From Paramecium tetraurelia (Eukaryota): a stretch of 64,000 bases of DNA. The stretch lies in assembly GCA_000165425.1 (NCBI GenBank), contig CT868130.1, forward strand, positions 1 to 64,000, given 5' to 3'. The notes under the pieces were generated by a model that saw only the letters and a program-made list of their open reading frames with translations, ran no database searches and had not been told where the DNA came from. This document shows, one piece after another, positions 55,477-64,000 of the stretch (positions are counted from its first letter, which is position 1; the number at the start of each line of letters is the position of its first letter). The position numbers were made by a program, and so were the translations under genes.

Positions 55477-56850
55477 TCACTCGAAAAGCCTTTCTAAGAA
55501 TGTCTTATCCTTATCTTGTTTGGCTTGCTTTTATGGTTACTAAGGTTATGTTGGAACCTGAATGTTAAAGGATAATTTACTTGTATAGGTGGGGCTGTTT
55601 GTGCTAATTATCCAGGTTAGATGGGTGGTAAAGTTTTTCTGTAAAGTGAATTACCCTAGGCTGGCAATCTTTAGAAGTCTTTATAAACAGATGATGGCAC
55701 AGCAGTTTAAGCTAATTAAACAGGTAAAGCTGTGGTAGTTGCCAAAGGAATTGATGCTTGAGGAATTGTTGCTTAGGGTTGAATAATTGTTGTTGGTGGT
55801 TTGCTCAATGTTCTTGTCTATGGAATAACACTGCCTGTTTAAATAGTTTATGGGACTACACTTGTGGTTTGAATGGTTTGTGGAATGGACTACACTTAAC
55901 CTGGGATAATAGTAGGTTATTGTTGAACATATGTGGAAGCCAACTGAGTTTATGGAATTATGGTGTTTTAAACTACATTTGGTCGTTATAGAGTTGTAGT
56001 TATCGGAGGTTAAATGAAGGTGCTTGTTATTGGTTGTTAGACGGGGGGTGGTTGTAGAACTTGTGTTGTTTGAATTGGAGGAGCTTAATAGGTTGTAACT
56101 TGGGGCTGCTAGGCGACTGTCACATATTGTTGAGCTTATTAAGTCTTATAGGAAATTAAGATATTCTTACCACTATCTGTTGTTGCACTCTCTGAGTTTG
56201 AATAGTTTGGGATTATGCTAGATTTGTCTGAGCCTTTAATTATTATTGATATTCTTACAGGCAAAATATTTTATTTTTATACTGTGTAATATTCTGTTCT
56301 CTCTTAGATCCTTTCTACTGGTACATATTCTAATCATTAACAATAAATTATTACCAATTTATTTTTCTTAAATTACTTATGGAATATATTCAATTTCATA
56401 TTAGACCGCATAATAATCAGTTATTTATCGTGTTATTGGCACCTACACCTACCTTCTCACTTCCTCGTATTCGGTGATTACTCTCTCATATGGCACATAT
56501 TCAATTCGCGATTCCCCTTTTATGGCTTATTCGGTCAATACATGTGAACTTAATTACACTGGACCAGTCTGATAGGGAGCACCGGTTTATCCTTAGATCT
56601 ATGATTGAGGCAATGGTTATAATCCTTATTGCTATGAATATGGAAGCTGTTGCGCTGGAAATCCGCTTATTGGAGCTCTTCCCAAATTTTAAGCAGGAAC
56701 CACATATTATGGTTGAGCTTAAGGGAAAATTTGATTTGGAATTCCTTATTGAGGTATGAACTGGTTCTGGTTTTGGCCTTATGGAATATTTTGTTAAGGT
56801 AAATTAGAATGAGGCTTCGATTCCTATCCTTATTAGGGAAGTTGTGACAT
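55477..56850 (-). CDS. EPI: Epiplasmin (cortical cytoskeleton protein)
   Basis: Core GESRIEYVPYERVITEYEEVR...TDYYAVQYEIEYIPQV..EKQIEYVPVERIQERTEY, Q/P/V-rich arms, C-terminal TFLERLFE*. 4 introns. Confidence 0.92.
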
Positions 56851-57073
56851 TTTTATTAATATCTTAATCTCTAATTATATTCCTTTATATATACGCTAAT
56901 AAAATACAATAAAATTATTTCATTTATTAATATATATTCATATCAATTAATTATTTTATTCACTATTTTATCATTTCTATCAAAGGAGTTCCTTCTATTT
57001 AATATTGATATGTAATTTTGTTCTGCCACACTTACCAAAATATTACTTAATTTCTATTGAGGTAATAAAATAT

Positions 57074-58176
57074 ATGATCATTATCATTGATTTCAATATT
57101 GAAGCATCATCACCTGAATATAATTTTAATATTAATTTACAGAAATCACTTTTATTAAATGTATTGGTTCATTATTTTCTTTTATAATGTTTTAGAAATT
57201 ATTTTAATAAGTATCTGAATTCTAAATAGAGGGACAGCCTAATTTAGTTAGATTCTCAATTAGCGCCAATGAAAAATCAATAGTCTTATGGCTATAGTTA
57301 AATGAAAATAGATTCCTTACACTCGACAGATTGGATGGCACTTGGAAATCTAGAGAATAATAATTTTCGATTTCTGGTATTGGTCAACCTTTTAAACTGT
57401 ATTTGAATGAAAAAGGGAACATTTTGATTATGTATGATACCGCCAAAAGATATATATACACTTGGCTTAGATTGCACATGAATTAGAATTGGTTATTACG
57501 AAGTACTTTGGATCTATAAACACAAATCAATACTACATCAGATGTCAACTGCTTTTTTTTTAAGAATCAAATTTTTATAGATCACTAACATACCTTTTAC
57601 ATCATCAAGAGATTGGGTCAAGATTTTAAAATTATAAATAAAAAGATCTTTAAATACAATGACTTTATGAATTGCTTAACTTACGGTTATGAAAAGGATG
57701 TGTTAGCTGAAGTTACAGACTCAACTGTGTATTTTTGGAGAGAGGATCCGAAAACATGGATAAAAGAAAAACCAGCTTTCTATGATTGTGAAATCATACC
57801 TCATTATTCATGCTTTTAAAGAAATGAAGTCAAGGCATTTGTAAATGGAGCAGTGTGGATGATAACCTATCCAGAAAGAGAATTTATTGCTTATGAAGAT
57901 GAGAGAATAACAAAATGTGTTACACAATCAGCTTTAAATTATTTCTTTCAATTAGAAGAACCTACCAAAAATTCAGAATAGTATATTCACTTTTGGCATA
58001 GAGAAAATTAATCTTAGAAGAATTTTAATTATGAAAAGTTAAATTTTACTGCTGTAAACATTTTATTGGGACAAAATGGAAATGTCTTTGTAGCTATGAT
58101 AAAATCAGAGCAGTTCCTTAAGATATAAATTTATGAAGGTTTGTAAACTAGGGAATAATTACAACAAATTATATGA
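57074..58176 (+). CDS. Hypothetical protein, beta-rich (propeller-like)
   Basis: 355-aa code-6 ORF after a 35-nt intron (57161-57195). Trp/beta-strand-rich repeats. Confidence 0.7.
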
Positions 58177-58748
58177 TTATTATATATATATATTATATTA
58201 TAAATTCAATTATTTAGATTCAATTTAAATTAATCATACTTACTATTACCCTTTTAAATTTTTGAATACATAAATATGTGCATATACTAAATATGTTTAT
58301 TTAGGAATTATTTTTTTGGTTTGATATAAAATTGTCGTTAAAAATGAAATAGAAAAGAAATAACTAAAAAAGGACGACTTCTTTAATATACTAAAGGATC
58401 TTAAATTTAGTTTATGTTCAAGAATTGATTTATTCTGTATAGAAAGTTTAATTTATTAAAATTTTATAAATCAAGATATATTAAATACTTATTTATAAGA
58501 ATAATCCTATATAACTGAGATTATTTTAGATTTAGAGGATAGTGATTCTAGTAGTTACGTTGAATTATGTAAATAAGATTGAACAAGGAGGTATCTAAAT
58601 CTTCATAGCAATTATTGTATTTACATTAGGTAGGTCCTTTCGAGAATATTGAAAAGAGAAAGATAAAGTATTGATTCGTTATATGAGGACTAAGGAATTA
58701 TTTTTTATTTTAAAGTACTTTTTGCAAATTTTAAGAGGTATATAATAA

Positions 58749-61640
58749 ATGGCTCATAATTATGATAGCGATATGTAGAATATAGACCCAGCTACGAAGA
58801 GGAGAAAATAAACCAGAGTGAGAAGATAACTAGTAAACAAGACTTTACATGAGGAAAGCGAAGAAAATTAAATGATTGAGGTGCAATAGAAGGTAACGAA
58901 AAAATATCAAAATTACTTACATTCTATTCAAAAAATGGGAGAGTTCGATTGGACAGATATTGAGAACACAAACAATACGAAGGTTATTTATCCAAGTAAA
59001 CTAAATCTAATTTCAAGTACAATTTTTGCAGGCTTCCACTTTACAATTTATGATTGCAGCTATGTATTTCAATTGTGATCATGACTATCTTGAACATAAC
59101 CTTTAAGAAGTTCAAAAATTGCTTAAGAAAACTGAATAACCCAATGGTACTTCATGTTAAGAGTATAATTATCGATTAATTAAGTGATTGTAAAAAATAG
59201 AAAAATAAAAAAGGGTATGATGTGAATGATGATATATTCATTTTAGAGATGAGACAATTAAGAATTTAGGATTTAGATGATATTATTCTCAACTAAGAGT
59301 AGCATTATTTTATTATTTTTAGATTAGAATTGGAAAAAATTTAAAGGGAAAATGAAAAAGCACTCCAAAACTTTTTAGCACTTGATATACCCCAACTAAA
59401 ACCCCCCATTAAAACTGACTAATCTAATAACCTATTAAGGGATATTTCTGGTCTAACAGAATACGAAAAACAATATATTGAAAAAATTGAGCTCAAAATC
59501 TAGACAGAAGGATAAAATATTATTACTTAAGAAACAGGCAAAAAGACGTAAGGAGGAGGAATTCACTTATCGCCAATTTTAGATGATGCCCTTTGTTAAG
59601 TTTGTAATGATGGAGACTATACAGACGATAATCTAATAGTGTTCTGTTCCAAATGCAATATATCAGTCCATTAGAAGTGTTATTTAATAGAAGTGATACC
59701 GAATGAAGATTGGATATGTGATGTGTGTTAGACTTTTGGACCCAACGGATAATATTTGCGTTGTGCTTTATGTCCAAAACTAGGGGGAGCTATGAAGGCA
59801 ACCCAAATCGATGCATCAAGCTTTGAACATTTAAATTAAACCTATTTTGAGTCTTAAGGGGAAACTATGATGAAAAATGATCTAGTTTCTAAATTATGTA
59901 AGTCTATTAATAACATAAATAGTTCAATAAATAGATGATGATTAAGAACTGTATTATGATTTTAGTAAAATACCAAACAGAGATATTAGGGATCTTGAGA
60001 ACAATAAGGACATCAAAGAACCTTAACCACAAAAGGTCTGGATTCATTTATCCTGTTTTTATTGGTCTCCTGAATGTTTTTTAGATGAAAAGTAAGACAT
60101 ATTAAGAGGAGTTGATAACATTAATCAAAAGAGATTTATTCTTAATTGTAGTTTATGCAATATCAAGAAGGCTGGGATGTGCATCTAATGTGCTAGAGGC
60201 AATTGTTAAACAGGATTTCATGTTGAATGTGCCAGACGATCAGGAATATTCTTAACCCAAACTATTGTTAATACTAAAACCGATTATCAGATATTTTGTT
60301 AAAAACATGTGCCACTCAAGGTCAAACGAATATTGGAATCAAAATAAAGATTATATGAAAGAGAAATCATCGATTTTTTTAGAGCATATGAAAAATGCAA
60401 ATCTGTCCAAAAAAAGTCTCAATAAAGAGTTAAAAAAACAAAAAATTCCAAGGAAGCTCAATTAAAACTCGAAATGCAGGAATATTAAGAAAATGAATTT
60501 GATTTAGTAGACTTTGCAACTAAATTAAAGGAATTCATAGACTAGATTTTAGATTAAAAAATGGTTGTAAATCTGAGAACTGAATAGGGCAAATATGTTT
60601 TTGAGTCTGTATCAGAACCCTAATTGAAATAATAAAAATAGTATCACCTAACTAAACTACCAGAAGTATATTAAAGTAAGGTTGATTAGAATGGCTAAAT
60701 AATTACATAATTTTATAAAAGTACTATTACTGCAACTGATGAGTTATGGAAGTTTTTCAAATATAGAGATTACGAGAAGGATATCATTTATAAAATGTAT
60801 GAAAAGTTGAGAAGAAGAGCAAGTAAATTCATGTAAGAATTAAATCCACAAAAAAAGCAAGCAAAACTAATAGATATGCTAATGTTAAAGAAATTTAAAA
60901 AAAGTAAGAAAGTTGATTAGAAAAAGGAAATAATTATTGAATTAGTGGGGGATGAATATTATTAAAGAGATGACAATTTATATTGTGTTTGTCGAGGCAA
61001 ATTTAAAGATGGAGATCCAATGATATGTTGTGAATCCTGTGAGGAGTGGTTTCATTTTGATTGTCTAGATATCATAATTCCGAATGAAGAAATTAGTAAA
61101 ATCAATTTCTACTGTTTTCTATGCATAGATGATTTGCCCAAAGAAAAGTAGGTTGAAATATATAATGGTTATGCGAATGTATTTAAGGATGCCTCATTTA
61201 AACTATAAAGAGAATTAGCAGATAAATGCTCATTAAATGAATCTCGAAAAATTAGAATGAATGAATTGAAACAGTCTGGATTGATTGAAGAAAACAATAA
61301 ACTCATATAAGAGAGTCCAGAATAAGAATAAAAATTAGAACAAATATAATTTGAGGATCAAATTGATAAATAAAATTATGCTCATTTAGAATTCCCAAAT
61401 CATTACAATGCTAAAAAATTAAAAAAAGAAATTACTTCCAAAGACAATAATTGTATATAAATTGAAACTCAAAATGAAGGAACAGAAAAAAATAAAAAAA
61501 ACGATGAACATGTGAAAACTCCAAGTAAAACAGAATCAGTCGAAGATCCGGATAATAAATTAGAAGTCCCAGATACTCAAGAAAAACTAAATAGTACACA
61601 GAATTCAAAAACTATACAAGACTATCTACCGAAAGAGTGA
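58749..61640 (+). CDS. PZP (PHD-Zn knuckle-PHD) chromatin protein, BRPF/Jade/Nto1-like, with an extra C-terminal PHD
   Basis: [72 protein letters not shown]..FCQKH, and LYCVCR..MICCESCEEWFHFDC..FYCFLC. Confidence 0.92.
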
Positions 61641-62227
61641 TTCTAATATATTTTCACATTATTATTATAGTAAATTGTCACTAATTTCTTAACTCAAGAT
61701 AGAAATTCTAAAAATAGAGATATTATTCGTAATCTTAAACATTAATGAATAGAATCATGTAGGGTATATCTATTTATTGGATTATATCAATATTAGTATG
61801 GCTCACAATCTTCTTTCACAAAATTAAAGTAAAAGATCTCTCATTTTTATAAATTACTCATGAAGGGATAGAGGAATGGAAAATCCTGGTAGTAAATAGA
61901 GGACAATATGACATCCTTTTCTGGGTTTATCTGTAATTATAATATCAAAATAGTTATTTACAAAATAAGATTGTTCTTTTTTATTTCCCCATATTATAGT
62001 TACTTCTTTGATGTCAAAACCCTTCATTTGTTAGATTTTCATGTGAATCTCTTGAGTTACAAGTAAAATTCCCCTCAAATTGACCAAAGGTTGAGATGAA
62101 TAGAGTTGGAATTGTATCAAATAATGTTTTGATGTATAAATTTTTATATCCGTTTTTGAAATAGTTCTAAAGTTTTTTATGTATTTAAAGGCAAGGATAG
62201 AGTTTGAAATAAACATTAATATTTTTA

Positions 62228-63281
62228 ATGAAAGTTGCTATCACATTGTTGGTTGTATTAGCTCTCGCTAACGCTGGTATGGTGCAAAAATTCCCACTCA
62301 CATACGGTGGAAAGAGAAGCATCATGAACATCATGGTTGAAGTCGAAAACAAGATCAAAGCCCACTCACCACTTGACACAATCAAGGGAGTTCTTGATAA
62401 CTTCAAATCTGCAGTCGCCTAAGAATAAGGAACACACGATGAAGTCTATGGAGCTTAAAAGGCTGAATGCGATAGCGAAATCGCTTACAGAAGCACTTGA
62501 AGTTGAAGATGCTACTGGTACACTCAAAATCGCCAACGGTATCTTGAAGACCTCAAACATCTTATTGAAGAAGACTTAAGCCACCCTCGGTGAAGTTGAA
62601 AACATCTTGAACACCGTTTCATTACACATTGGACTCATCAACGACGCCAGAAAGGAAGACACCCAATCATACAACAGAGGTGCCGTCACATTCAACGATG
62701 CCATCAACGCCATCGATGACTCCCTTGATTTGGCCGCCGCTTTAGCTAAAGGAGGAGCCAGTTTGATCTAAGTTGCCGAAATGACAACCAAATTGATGAA
62801 ATCATCAGTTGCCACCAAGATGAACAAGGCTTTCATGGCCCCATTGGCTGCTTTGGCTTAAATCACATAAGAAGAAGACTCAGTAGGTGCTGCTGAAAGA
62901 CTCGCCCAATTATTGTAAACCTTGAGATCCAACGTTGAAGAAGCTTGGGCCTCATACACCGCTGAAAACACCAACGCTTTGGGTCTCTTCGCCTAATAAA
63001 AGGATTTATACCTTGCCTCATAAGCCAGACTTGATGACTCAAAGGGAAGATTAGCCAACAAGGCTGAAAACTTACAAGGAGTTATTTCCGTCTAAACCGC
63101 AGTTGCTTAAGCCGCCACCAACAAGAAATAAAGAAACTAAACCTTATGGGATGATGCTGCCGACTTGTGCCACAGCTTCGATGTTGAATATGAAGCCGTC
63201 ACCACCGGAAGAAGATAAGAATTAGTTTTGGTCTAAGAATTGGAAAGATTAGCCGAAAGAAGAGCTGCTGAATAATAATGA
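62228..63281 (+). CDS. TMP: Trichocyst matrix protein precursor containing one +1 frameshift
   Basis: Signal peptide MKVAITLLVVLALANA, KR site, heptad repeats, SLIQ motif, C-ending high-expression codons. In-frame TGA at 62498-62500; the ORF continues in the +1 frame to TGA 63279-63281 (span 1054 nt = 3n+1). Confidence 0.9.
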
Positions 63282-63420
63282 GATATAATCAAACCAATTA
63301 TTTCATTCATTCTTTTCAATTTCATTTCTTCTTCTAAAATGCTTTCAGATTCTACAAAGTAGAATTGCATTTATTAGAATAATTTCTAATTTCTATTAAT
63401 TATATATATATATTAATTAA

Positions 63421-64000
63421 TCAGTCGTTACTACCAAAGCACCTATGCATAGCAAACCCTCCACATGCGATAACCATAATAAAGTATATAGCCAATAATC
63501 CCACAAGTATCATAATGAGCATCATCTTTTTGTTTCTCCACCACATTTATCTTCTCAGAGTTGTTGCATTTGTTCTCATCGTTGTTGAAAGCCTAAAGCT
63601 ATTTCTATTTATTTACATAGCCATTTAATCAGTTTTAACCACCAAAATTTCTATTTTATCTCCTCTTTCCAGTAATTTATCTAGATTTTCCATCATTACG
63701 TCTTTGGTTTACTAAATGTTATCGGATACCATCCTTAATTTATCTGCCTAGGGAGAATTATAATATTAAATTTAGTTCTTTTATTCCTTTCATAGTTAAT
63801 GCAAATATTTTTACGATAGAGAATTATGAATTTAATCCATACGACATAGCTTTATCCCTTTATTATGGCGTAAACATTTAAAAGAATTTTTATTTCATGT
63901 CCTCCAAACAGGCAAATGCAATTCTCATCTTCAATCCTCTATCTGCCATAATCAAAAAGGAAAACCCATCTTCTACTAAAATGTGGAACTCATATTATTC
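63421..64000 (-). CDS. VAMP7: VAMP7-like longin R-SNARE (5' part outside window)
   Basis: Longin remnant RIAFACLEDMK, R-SNARE motif KDVMMENLDKLLERGDKIEILV, MWWRNKK followed by a TM helix and CGG. Confidence 0.93.

Overview
AT-rich eukaryotic DNA from a ciliate, almost certainly Paramecium. Genes read through TAA/TAG as Gln and stop only at TGA (code 6), carry tiny ~20-35 nt GT..AG introns, and include an epiplasmin and a trichocyst matrix protein. The supplied ORF track uses the standard code, so it shows only fragments; all calls below come from manual translation in code 6. The window has three zones. (1) ~1-17.7 kb has no intact gene I can identify: heavily decayed Cys-rich (furin-like repeat) pseudogenes, a ~3 kb orphan minus-strand pseudo-ORF nested between them, an orphan ORF followed by a 51% GC foldable island, and a truncated non-LTR (LINE) reverse transcriptase. 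This looks like germline-type or variably eliminated DNA. (2) ~17.9-26.3 kb mixes intact genes (CDPK-like pseudokinase, histone H2B) with recently frameshifted pseudogenes. (3) ~26.4-64 kb is compact, gene-dense macronuclear-type DNA with no IES interruptions seen: Ser/Thr kinase, GNAT, RING, KAP3, LRR, two Rabs, TLDc, degenerate kinesin-3, Cdh1/Fzr, CID protein, Spc24/25-like candidate, Gly-zipper protein, ubiquitin-like candidate, UNC-93-like, PP2C, p28/DNALI1, TauE, CCCH, CFAP97-like, epiplasmin, PZP/PHD protein, TMP with a single +1 frameshift, and VAMP7-like. The best leads are the orphan ORF / structured GC island / RT cluster, the nested 3 kb orphan, two intact pseudo-enzymes, a cryptic kinetochore candidate, a Ubl ending in GA, and the TMP frameshift at a UGA. 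No database searches were possible.
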